The notes beneath the pieces were generated by a model that searched no databases, was not told where the DNA came from, and saw only the letters and a program-made list of their open reading frames with translations. From an uncultured Azospirillum sp. (GTDB lineage Bacteria; Pseudomonadota; Alphaproteobacteria; Rickettsiales; UBA3002): a stretch of 39,051 bases of DNA. The stretch is from NCBI GenBank assembly GCA_964621415.1, contig CAZUOS010000001.1, positions 3,329 through 42,379 of the forward strand, given 5' to 3'. The position numbers and the translations under genes were made by a program. Shown one piece after another: positions 1 to 7,434 of the stretch. Position 1 is the stretch's first letter, and each line of letters begins with the position of its first letter.

Positions 1-110
1 ACGGCGAGGAGTGAGCTGACCGGCATGCCGACCATTGGAGCGTTTCCCCCGATCGGGATCGCTCCAATGAGGACCATGACCAGGAGAATGATCAGAATAA
101 TCGTTAGCAT
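1..110 (-). CDS. partial CDS (first 36 codons, runs off the left edge): small hydrophobic membrane protein
   Basis: ATG at 110..108 overlaps the TAA of the upstream ORF by 1 nt (TAATG). Translation MLTIILIILLVMVLIGAIPIGGNAPMVGMPVSSLLA looks like a TM helix. The frame stays open to position 1. Confidence 0.35.
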   Translation of the reverse strand, partial: MLTIILIILLVMVLIGAIPIGGNAPMVGMPVSSLLA

Positions 111-499
111 TAACGTGTCTCCCTCTTCAGTTTGTTCGCCACGCCCAATGCGGCGCCATAACCGAACAGAGCGGTAATGATCCAACCGGACCACTCATCG
201 AGGGGCGGCGGAAGGTCCCCGATTTTCCAGACCTGAGGCGCCATGCAGGTATCGCACCAGAAGACGGCATGGGCGCAGGCCATCGTGAACCAGAAACCAA
301 GCGGGATGACGAACAGGAGCATCAGCCAGCGGCCGGGTCCGTTCATCATATCGACCTGAGCCCTGGCATACCCCTGGATGGCTTCCAGGCGGGCTTTCTC
401 CCGTTCGACCCCGGCGTCGGTCGTCTTATCGATCGTGTCGAGTATCCTCGAGAGGCCGCCCTTGAAGAACCAGCCGATGATTGTCCGGAGGATGATCAT
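110..499 (-). CDS. membrane protein of the lysis cassette (129 aa)
   Basis: Track ORF is 110..574. I prefer the ATG at 499 because it forms an ATGA overlap with the stop of ORF 496..927 and removes an Arg/Pro-rich leader. The N-terminal half is charged; two hydrophobic segments follow (WLMLLFVIPLGFWFTMACAHAVFW; WIITALFGYGAALGV). Confidence 0.55.
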   Translation of the reverse strand: MIILRTIIGWFFKGGLSRILDTIDKTTDAGVEREKARLEAIQGYARAQVDMMNGPGRWLMLLFVIPLGFWFTMACAHAVFWCDTCMAPQVWKIGDLPPPLDEWSGWIITALFGYGAALGVANKLKRETR

Positions 500-927
500 T
501 CGAAATACTCCTCGCCTTCGTGTTCCGGGAGGACCCCTGTCCAGATCGGCTTCAGGATCTCTGGCCAGAGCCAATCCCTGACCCCCAGGATCGCGCCCAG
601 GGCCAGCAGGAAGGCCAGGAGCAGGATCAGGTGGATTGGCCCGGCAATGGGGAAGATCAGGACATAGCCCCTGCGGACACTGACGGGCCAGCCCTCATAA
701 CCCCTTTCCCCCTGCCAGGCGGGCTGTAACCAGGCCCGCCACAGGGTTTCGGCCAGGACCAGGGGGATTATAACCCCCAGGACCAGAAACGCCGCCAGGC
801 ACAGCCTGCACAGCAGGGACAGGGGGAATGACAGGACATAGACCCGCCGAAGCCAGGAGGGCCAGCCCATAACGTTCCACAGATCCCAGAGCATGGTCCG
901 GGGCTCGTCGATCCAGGTTTCGTTCAT
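496..927 (-). CDS. multi-pass membrane protein of the lysis cassette (143 aa)
   Basis: Trp-rich, with several hydrophobic helices (VLSFPLSLLCRLCLAAFLVLGVIIPLVL; IHLILLLAFLLALGAILGV). ATGA start/stop overlaps at both ends. Confidence 0.55.
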   Translation of the reverse strand: MNETWIDEPRTMLWDLWNVMGWPSWLRRVYVLSFPLSLLCRLCLAAFLVLGVIIPLVLAETLWRAWLQPAWQGERGYEGWPVSVRRGYVLIFPIAGPIHLILLLAFLLALGAILGVRDWLWPEILKPIWTGVLPEHEGEEYFE

Positions 928-1187
928 GACTTGAACTTCCCCAGGAGTTTCCCTTTGATCTGCTTGGTCGGCGCCGGTTTCGTGGTGATGTGCCTCAGGA
1001 TGATATTGAGGACGTTGATGCCGACGACCACCCAGGGGGCGTAGATGGGATCGATGAACTCGCGCCAGTCGACGACGGCCATGTAAGCCATGACTTCGGC
1101 CAGGGCGAACCCGATCGCCATAGCCAAGTTGATGACGATCGTCCGCCAGCCTTCGAGGCGAGCCCAGATCCTTTTCAGAATATTCAT
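924..1187 (-). CDS. putative holin (87 aa, two TM helices, basic C-terminus)
   Basis: Hydrophobic segments TIVINLAMAIGFALAEVMAYMAVV and APWVVVGINVLNIIL, with tail KQIKGKLLGKFKS. Lies immediately after the endolysin with an ATGA overlap. Confidence 0.5.
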   Translation of the reverse strand: MNILKRIWARLEGWRTIVINLAMAIGFALAEVMAYMAVVDWREFIDPIYAPWVVVGINVLNIILRHITTKPAPTKQIKGKLLGKFKS

Positions 1188-1876
1188 GGCGAGAAACCTC
1201 CTTTGATCATGGCAACGACAACGGCGATGAAAGCGGCGATGATCGCCGCGATGGCCGCAGCCACGCCGTTCGTCACCCGTTTCTTTTCGACAGGGACCGG
1301 GACCGGGACAGGTTCGGGCTTCGGGAGGACTGGTTCGTCATCCAGAAGCGCCAGAGCCTTTTCGAACTTTTCAGCGTACCCGGCGATCAGGTCCGCATCG
1401 TCCTGGCCGTTCACGACATATCGCATGCCCTTGTAGGTCGCGTAATCCGAAAGTTTCTTCTTGGTGAACCAGCCTTCGGTCATACCCAGGACACAGATGT
1501 GAACGGCTAGCGTTGGGTTCAGCGCCAGGTCCGGCATCTTCACCAGATCCAGGGACTTGTCCATGAGCCCGAGTTCTTTGAGCCGCTTGTCAGCCCGCAT
1601 GTAGTTTTCCAGCCAGGTCAGCTGGACCAGGCCGCGGCCGTAATAGATCTTCCGATACGGACCCGCGGGCTTGCCGTATTCCTTCCCGCGGCCTTTGCCG
1701 TATTCCTCGATCGGCTTCATTGTCCGATCGACTTCGTGCCAGACGGTCGCCAGGATATAGGCGGCGTGACGAAGGGGGATCTTCCGAATGGCCGGCACAA
1801 GAAGATTGAACCCGTCGACTTGCGTCTGGTTCAGTGGTCCGAATTGCCGGCGGACTTCCGCAAAAAATTCTTTCAT
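1184..1876 (-). CDS. endolysin, glycoside hydrolase family 19 (chitinase-like) with Pro/Val linker and C-terminal TM anchor
   Basis: Motifs ATVWHEV...EEYG and YYGRGLVQLTWLENY are typical of GH19-type phage lysins. The C-terminus is PKPEPVPVPVPVEKK followed by AAAIAAIIAAFIAVVVAMI. AGGTGA lies upstream of the ATG. Confidence 0.85.
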   Translation of the reverse strand: MKEFFAEVRRQFGPLNQTQVDGFNLLVPAIRKIPLRHAAYILATVWHEVDRTMKPIEEYGKGRGKEYGKPAGPYRKIYYGRGLVQLTWLENYMRADKRLKELGLMDKSLDLVKMPDLALNPTLAVHICVLGMTEGWFTKKKLSDYATYKGMRYVVNGQDDADLIAGYAEKFEKALALLDDEPVLPKPEPVPVPVPVEKKRVTNGVAAAIAAIIAAFIAVVVAMIKGGFSP

Positions 1877-1884
1877 GAAATCAC

Positions 1885-2268
1885 CTATACGCCCGGGGGT
1901 TCAAAGAAACAATATGTGCCGTCACGTGGATCTCTCCAACCGACATCGTAATCCTTCGCCAGGATACAGATATGGTAATTCAGATCTTCGGACGGTTGAA
2001 CCCGGTCCCAGGGGATCAGATGATCGAATGCTTGAATTCGATAAGGATTGATCTTCTGCGCCTGTTCGAGAGTCAGGCGAACCCGGTATCCATCTTTCTC
2101 AACGGATAAAACCCCCGGAGTGTCGATAGGGAGGACAGCGCAATCGCTACCACCGCAGCAGCCTTTCTTGTGCACGGGATCGACCTTCTGCGAGTACCAG
2201 TCGTGAGCCTGGGCGCTCGGAGGACAGAAACCGAGGAACAAAAAAGCAGCGGCGATAGCGATCCTCAT
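1885..2268 (-). CDS. secreted Cys-rich protein (127 aa)
   Basis: Signal-peptide-like N-terminus MRIAIAAAFLFLGFCPPSAQA|HD, with cluster KKGCCGGSDC. ATGA overlap with the upstream ORF. Confidence 0.6.
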   Translation of the reverse strand: MRIAIAAAFLFLGFCPPSAQAHDWYSQKVDPVHKKGCCGGSDCAVLPIDTPGVLSVEKDGYRVRLTLEQAQKINPYRIQAFDHLIPWDRVQPSEDLNYHICILAKDYDVGWRDPRDGTYCFFEPPGV

Positions 2269-2576
2269 CCTCTTGGTATTCTCCTGTCTTGGCGATCGTC
2301 GTATAACGGCGTTAGCCTCTTTTCGTTTTTGTTGCTGATATCGTCAATCTTCGACTCGATGCGATCGAGCCGGTCCGTCACCGTTCGCAAGTAGTCCTTC
2401 TGGACATACCGATCGTCGGCGAACTGAACGTAGGTAGCGAGCTGCTCCTGAATTTTCAGAGTCATAGTATATTGGTTCTGGAGCCACCATCCTCCGAAGA
2501 AGATGGCGAGACCTGTCACGACGGTCCAGAGTCGCTGTTCGACTCGGGTCGCATACGAGGTTGGTTCATCAGTCAT
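2265..2576 (-). CDS. N-terminally anchored membrane protein with coiled-coil (i-spanin-like topology)
   Basis: TM segment LWTVVTGLAIFFGGWWL followed by a charged helical region (DRLDRIESKIDDISNKNEK). ATGA overlap with gpD-like stop. Confidence 0.55.
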   Translation of the reverse strand: MTDEPTSYATRVEQRLWTVVTGLAIFFGGWWLQNQYTMTLKIQEQLATYVQFADDRYVQKDYLRTVTDRLDRIESKIDDISNKNEKRLTPLYDDRQDRRIPRG

Positions 2577-3688
2577 AGTTCGGGCACTCCGTAACCACCA
2601 AAGTCAAGGTCCGTCGGGGGGACACTGTCTCCGCCAGTGCCACCGGGGATATCGCCCGTCGATGTTCCGTCCCCACCTGTGGCTTGGTCAGCTGCGGCCT
2701 TGCCGGCGGCGCCCGGATATTCGGCGTCGATGATCGTCGTGTACCCCCTCCCATCCAGTTGATGCTGGGCCGACTTGACCCGCCAGGCGCCATCGACGCC
2801 GCTGCGGACCCCAATCACAGCCAGGGTCATCTCCGCGCCGATCGATGGATTGCCGACGATTGAAATAGATAACGACCCCTGGTCTCTCGCCTGGGCGTCG
2901 ATCGTGCTCTGGGCGTCAGCCCCAGCTTCATCTTCGTTGGCCTGGGCGTGCAGCATTTCGTAGTCCGGGCCGACGTCGCTGTCCCCTTCTTTCTCGACGA
3001 TGACCCGTTCGGCTTTCTTCTGGTCCCAGTACGTCGAGAGGACTTTCTTGACCGCCGGCCGGTCCCGCATCTGGCAAGAATAGTCGATCACCTTGTCCTT
3101 GGTGACGACCGCGGCACCCATCGACTGGCCGGACGCCGACTGGGCTTCTCCTTTCTTCGTGAACAGGAGTTTGCCATTCGCCGGCTTGGCCACAGCGTCA
3201 TGCTTGCGGGCCAGGCGGGTGATGAAATGAAGATCGCTTTCTTCAGTCTGGGGGAGATATTCGTATATAAACGAAGCGAGAGACTGGGAAACGGAAGCCC
3301 CGGACAGGCCGTTCCGGCCAGCAATGTCGTTCATGATATCCTGGAGGGTTTTCTTGTCCCAGTATCCAGTCCGAGGTTTCTTCAGATCCTCCCGCATATC
3401 CGCAGCCTTGCCGCGGATCGTCAGCGTCATCGGATAACCTGTCGCTTCGACTTCGTCGACGGTGAACATGCCCATGGGCTGAAGACCGGTTTCCCGATAC
3501 CCCATGGCCACGGACATAAGGGCGCCCTTCTTCGGAATAGCAATTTCGCCATTCCGATCGTCGAGCTGGATCTCGACTGTGTCCGACTGCTTGCCTTCGG
3601 CATCTGTCACGATCAGCGACACGAGGCGATCGTTCAGATTGCCCGTGACGTCGGTGCCGCCGATGGAAATGCTGAAGCTGGGGGTCAT
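2573..3688 (-). CDS. tail protein D (P2 gpD / late control D family)
   Basis: 371 aa. N-terminus MTPSFSISIGGTDVTGNLNDRLVSLIVTD...GKQSDTVEIQLDD and motif EESDLHFITRLARKHDA are typical of gpD-like proteins. Follows gpU and gpX homologues. Confidence 0.85.
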   Translation of the reverse strand: MTPSFSISIGGTDVTGNLNDRLVSLIVTDAEGKQSDTVEIQLDDRNGEIAIPKKGALMSVAMGYRETGLQPMGMFTVDEVEATGYPMTLTIRGKAADMREDLKKPRTGYWDKKTLQDIMNDIAGRNGLSGASVSQSLASFIYEYLPQTEESDLHFITRLARKHDAVAKPANGKLLFTKKGEAQSASGQSMGAAVVTKDKVIDYSCQMRDRPAVKKVLSTYWDQKKAERVIVEKEGDSDVGPDYEMLHAQANEDEAGADAQSTIDAQARDQGSLSISIVGNPSIGAEMTLAVIGVRSGVDGAWRVKSAQHQLDGRGYTTIIDAEYPGAAGKAAADQATGGDGTSTGDIPGGTGGDSVPPTDLDFGGYGVPEL

Positions 3689-3694
3689 AAAAAA

Positions 3695-3913
3695 TCAATC
3701 CCAAAGACGAACGGTCTTTGCTGCCAGGGGGCGTTTGAGTTGCGGCAGAATAATTGTCAGACCCGCTGGAAGGATTTCCGGCTGGTCTGACAGAGCGATG
3801 TGGCGGTTTCGTTCGAGGATGGCCTCGGTCGATCCCGTCGAATAACCGTAAACTTTCCAGGCGATCCAGTCGAGCATTTCGCCCTGGCTGGTCAGATAGG
3901 TCCGTTCGCCCAT
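3695..3913 (-). CDS. tail protein X (P2 gpX-like)
   Basis: 72 aa. Pattern YLTSQGEMLDWIAWKVYG...AILERN..I......LPAGLTIILP is typical of Phage_tail_X. Sits between U and D. Confidence 0.8.
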   Translation of the reverse strand: MGERTYLTSQGEMLDWIAWKVYGYSTGSTEAILERNRHIALSDQPEILPAGLTIILPQLKRPLAAKTVRLWD

Positions 3914-3922
3914 GGCGTCACC

Positions 3923-4330
3923 TCAGAACAGGAAAGAACCAAGGCCGAAAGCGTCGCCGCCATAGGCCTTGATCGATAAAGTGAAGTCGACTTTCCGCGG
4001 GTTCCCTTTGCGATCGAGATACGTCTGCTCATCGCTGACGGACGTGATGCACCAGAGCCCGAAATGGAAACCCGCGGCCGTGACCAGCCGATAGGGTGTC
4101 CCCATCTGGCCGGCCCGCCGCATCCCTTCGAGTTCCCGCATGCCGCCAGTGACGTGCGGATACATCGTGACGGCGATATCTAGGCTTTCGACGCCTGGTC
4201 CCATGTATTGCATCGCCGGCCGGCGGCTGACCCGTTCGACGGGCTGCCACCGGTATTCGAACGACCGCGATAGGGTATGGGGTGCCGGCGCCAGGGTCCG
4301 GAACTGGAATGGTCCGAGTTGCATCAGCAT
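3923..4330 (-). CDS. tail protein U (P2 gpU-like)
   Basis: 135 aa. MLMQLGPFQFRT...LDIAVTMYP...GMRELEGMRRAGQMGTPYRLV resembles gpU. Lies downstream of the tape measure. Confidence 0.8.
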   Translation of the reverse strand: MLMQLGPFQFRTLAPAPHTLSRSFEYRWQPVERVSRRPAMQYMGPGVESLDIAVTMYPHVTGGMRELEGMRRAGQMGTPYRLVTAAGFHFGLWCITSVSDEQTYLDRKGNPRKVDFTLSIKAYGGDAFGLGSFLF

Positions 4331-4331
4331 G

Positions 4332-4469
4332 TCAGCGGCTCTTGAATTTCGCCATCAGGATGATGACAAGGGCAATGAGGAGACCAGCCCCCGCGACGTC
4401 GATCCAGGGGGAGCCTGTGTCGACTTTCACGGGACCAACTTCGACGACCTGTCCATAAGCTTCTGTCAT
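4332..4469 (-). CDS. small membrane protein (45 aa), not in the ORF track
   Basis: My own translation is MTEAYGQVVEVGPVKVDTGSPWIDVAGAGLLIALVIILMAKFKSR. ATG lies 2 nt after the tape-measure stop, and the stop lies 1 nt before the gpU ATG. It exactly fills the 141-nt gap, but there is no clear SD. Confidence 0.35.
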   Translation of the reverse strand: MTEAYGQVVEVGPVKVDTGSPWIDVAGAGLLIALVIILMAKFKSR

Positions 4470-4471
4470 GA

Positions 4472-6433
4472 TTACACCGACTGAGGAACATAACCATCGT
4501 TGAGGGACGTCCGCTGGGCGTTCTTGACCGTGGAAGCGATCATGTTCGCATAGCGGCGGAAGGCAGCTTCGTCAGCCCCCTGAACGTTCATGACGACTGA
4601 TACGCCGCCACCCATCTGGCGAAGGCCAAGGCGGTCACCCTTTCCTTCCGGGTTCGCCGGGGTCAAAGGGACATCGTCCTTTGTCCCCGGGGGAACGACA
4701 TTGAGCTTGTTCGGCAGGTCGTCGATCGTCTTCGGTGTTCCGAACAGATTGAAGTTCAGGCTCTTCGGTTTCCACTCACTGTTCCAGATGTTCTTGATAC
4801 TCTGGAGCATATCGGCGATCGACGCCAGGTTACCACCGAAAGACAAGTCAATGAGTTTCCAGTCGCTATTCCAGAGTTCCCGGATCGACTTCAACATATC
4901 CGCGACCCACTGGAGACCCTGTCCCAGTTTGGCGCCGAGGGATAGCGACCCGCTGCGGATCTCCCCTGGGCGGAGCGGACCCTGTGCCTCGGTCCCGCCA
5001 ACCAGCTTACGGATCATGTCGAGTTCTTTTTTCGTATTTTCGAACAGATCCATACTGGGCATCGACATCGTCAGATCGCCCAGGCCGGCTTCGACCCAGG
5101 ATTTCTTGATCGACTGAGTCCACAGTGCCCATTCGTCCTGGAAGGATTTCAACCCCTTCGACATCTTGAAATCGTCGAGGGCTTTCTGGAAGACGTCCAG
5201 GTTATAAGCGACAAAGGCAATTGCGCCGCCGGCGATCAGGAGGGGAACGGCAATCGATGACAGGCCGCCGATTGCTGCCGCGGCTTCCGTCAGGGCGCCG
5301 CCTTTGGTCACTAGAACGATGGTCCCCAGGGCACCGCCGATTTCCGCCAGGCCCGTCGCGATCCGGAAAGCGTCCGGCAGGAACCAGAGGGCCGCGCCGA
5401 GTTTGAACATCGTCGACGGATCGAGTTCTTTCAGTGGGCCGACCATATCGGATATAGCTCGGGCCATATCCGGGAGAGCGATAGCCAGTTCCTTGCCGGC
5501 TCTCAGAAGATCGATGATCGTCTGGGACGTCTCGCTGGCCCACCGGTCCATGGACCCGTCAGCGACTTTCTGTTCAAGCCAGTCCGTGAACCCGCCAAAC
5601 TGCTGCTTGATATAGGCATACAGGCCGGCGTCGCCGACCTTCTTGCGGAACATTTCGGCCCAGTCGCCGATATTGTCCAGCATGCCTTCCATTGTTCCGC
5701 CGAGGCGTTCCTCGGTGCCGCTGAACTTGGCTTCCAGGACAGACAGAAGCGTCGTGATGATCTTAGCCTGGTCCCGGGTCTTGACAGTCTGCTTCTGCCA
5801 TTTCCCCTTGTCATCGAGCCAGCTGAAAGTCGTCGTCCCTTTCTTCTTGTTCTGGTCGACGAGGATGTTGTATTCCTTCAAAGCCCTGGCGGCGCCAGCT
5901 GCGCCCTGGCCCAGCATGTGGGAGATTTCCGCGACGTTCATTCCCGTCGCGGCGGCCGTATCGGCCATGATCTTCATCTGCTTCGTATTGAAGACGATCC
6001 CACGCTTGGTGCCTTCGAGGAAGGCGTTCATGAAATCTTGTACGCCGAACTTCGTGGACCATGCCGCCAGATCCATCATGGCATCCGCGGCCTGCTTGGC
6101 CCGCTGGGGTCCGAGTTTCTTTTCGATCTGGGCGGCGAACCCTTCGAACTGCATGCCTGTCTTGACGAAGGGTACAGCAATAGCGGCGGCCGCTGCTTTC
6201 AAGACTGCGAACTTGGCGGTCAGCCCAATGACCCCGCGGGTGACTTTCGCCGCCCCGGAGCCAACCTGGTCGAACGCCGCTTTCAGTCTCTTTGCAGAAG
6301 CCGTCGCTTTGTCGGTTTCCTTCGTGATCGTCTTCGCACTGTTCGCGATCCCGCTCATCGACCTTGCTACGTCGCGAGCGGGACCGGAAATACGATTGAC
6401 CATCTGAAGGATGATCTGAACAGGAAAGTCCAT
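4472..6433 (-). CDS. tail tape measure protein
   Basis: 653 aa, Ala/Gly/Lys-rich and helical with a central hydrophobic stretch. Lies immediately downstream of the E/E' chaperone pair, and its ATG overlaps the E' stop (TGATG). Confidence 0.9.
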   Translation of the reverse strand: MDFPVQIILQMVNRISGPARDVARSMSGIANSAKTITKETDKATASAKRLKAAFDQVGSGAAKVTRGVIGLTAKFAVLKAAAAAIAVPFVKTGMQFEGFAAQIEKKLGPQRAKQAADAMMDLAAWSTKFGVQDFMNAFLEGTKRGIVFNTKQMKIMADTAAATGMNVAEISHMLGQGAAGAARALKEYNILVDQNKKKGTTTFSWLDDKGKWQKQTVKTRDQAKIITTLLSVLEAKFSGTEERLGGTMEGMLDNIGDWAEMFRKKVGDAGLYAYIKQQFGGFTDWLEQKVADGSMDRWASETSQTIIDLLRAGKELAIALPDMARAISDMVGPLKELDPSTMFKLGAALWFLPDAFRIATGLAEIGGALGTIVLVTKGGALTEAAAAIGGLSSIAVPLLIAGGAIAFVAYNLDVFQKALDDFKMSKGLKSFQDEWALWTQSIKKSWVEAGLGDLTMSMPSMDLFENTKKELDMIRKLVGGTEAQGPLRPGEIRSGSLSLGAKLGQGLQWVADMLKSIRELWNSDWKLIDLSFGGNLASIADMLQSIKNIWNSEWKPKSLNFNLFGTPKTIDDLPNKLNVVPPGTKDDVPLTPANPEGKGDRLGLRQMGGGVSVVMNVQGADEAAFRRYANMIASTVKNAQRTSLNDGYVPQSV

Positions 6434-6824
6434 CAGGACCTCTCATTGTCAATCTTTAGTGCCGCCTCGTGCCATGCAACGATTTCTTCCCAGTCCAGTT
6501 CAGCGATCTGGGAGGGCGGCCAGTACAAAGACCTGGCCAGCTCGATGCATATTTCCCGCCACCTTAAGGGGCTTTGGCCGTGCGGTCCGTTGGCAAAAAA
6601 GGTTTTGCCTCGGCGAACAGTTCAGTCAGGTCGTCGGCGCCCAGGGCGTCGATGACAATCGGTTCGACGTCACAGATTGAAGCCATGAACGGAAACAAGT
6701 CACCCATCTCTTCCGCATTGAGAGGTAACTTCCCCAGGTCTCGGCCTTTCGGCTTCCGCATGGTCAGCGAGTCGTACACGACCCCGTCAACCGTGACGGG
6801 GTCGGTCAGTTTGATCGTTTTCAT
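6433..6824 (-). CDS. tail assembly chaperone, -1 frameshift product (P2 gpE+E'-like)
   Basis: After T TTT TTG the -1 frame stays open (FFANGPHGQSPLRWREICIELARSLYWPPSQIAELDWEEIVAWHEAALKIDNERS). It ends at TGA 6435..6433, overlapping the tape-measure ATG. Confidence 0.7.
6564..6824 (-). CDS. tail assembly chaperone (P2 gpE-like), zero-frame product
   Basis: 86 aa between tube and tape measure. Contains the slippery heptamer near its 3' end. Confidence 0.85.
   Translation of the reverse strand: MKTIKLTDPVTVDGVVYDSLTMRKPKGRDLGKLPLNAEEMGDLFPFMASICDVEPIVIDALGADDLTELFAEAKPFLPTDRTAKAP
6594..6600 (-). promoter_or_regulatory. programmed -1 ribosomal frameshift slippery site T TTT TTG
   Basis: Zero-frame reading is CCT TTT TTG (Pro-Phe-Leu). 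This is the same heptamer type as the P2 E/E+E' site. Confidence 0.75.
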
Positions 6825-6835
6825 TCAAGGTCCTC

Positions 6836-7339
6836 TTAGAGACCGAGGTTCAGGCGCTGCTCCTGCAACTGGTCGACACCGTTGATGACACGGACGCCGT
6901 TCGTCGGATCCACTTCCAGAAGGACGTCGGCCGCATGCTTCATCTTCATGTAATCGACCGCCAGACCCACGGTCATTCGAGTCTTGGCGCCAGCTTCCCA
7001 GGTATCCGCTACGATGCTCTTGATACGAGCCCGCATATTCACGACGACGGCCCGGGTCGCCCCGTCTTCGCCGGCCAAATGGCCGCGGATGGTATAGGCC
7101 TTGTTCACCCCAGGGGCAAGGCCGAAAAGCTTGAAGATCTGAGGATCGACGCCATTAAGGGTAAACTCGCTTTCGAGTTTTTCCATCCCCAGTTCGACCT
7201 CGAGCGGAATGTCCATTCCGCCGCCCCGGTATTCCTCCAGGCGGAGCCTAAGTTCGGGGATCTTGCAGGTGTCGCCTGATCCGAGCTTCCCTTCACCGTC
7301 AAGCCAGACGACGAAGTTCCGCATGATATTGCTCAACAT
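6836..7339 (-). CDS. major tail tube protein (P2 FII-like)
   Basis: 167 aa. RNFVVWLDGEGKLG...IPELRLRLEEYRGGGMDIPLEVELGMEKLESEFTL matches the FII-family pattern. GGAGAA SD. Confidence 0.9.
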   Translation of the reverse strand: MLSNIMRNFVVWLDGEGKLGSGDTCKIPELRLRLEEYRGGGMDIPLEVELGMEKLESEFTLNGVDPQIFKLFGLAPGVNKAYTIRGHLAGEDGATRAVVVNMRARIKSIVADTWEAGAKTRMTVGLAVDYMKMKHAADVLLEVDPTNGVRVINGVDQLQEQRLNLGL

Positions 7340-7434
7340 AGTCGCGTTCTCCTAGAACGATAGGATGGGGACGCCCTGGAAGGCGCCCCCTTCGGTTCCC
7401 GGTGGATCTGCGCCGGTACAGTTCAGGTAATCGA

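Noticed and set aside
1885-2268. o-spanin lipoprotein partner for the TM/coiled-coil protein
   Set aside because: The candidate lipobox L-G-F-C has Phe at -1, which violates the [GAS]-Cys rule. At 127 aa with an AQA|H signal-peptidase I site, the protein looks like a secreted protein instead.
7367-7390. Hairpin GGGGACGCC/GGCGCCCCC between sheath and tube genes as a terminator
   Set aside because: The stem has a mismatch and no U-run follows on the coding strand. At most it is an RNA-stability or attenuation element.
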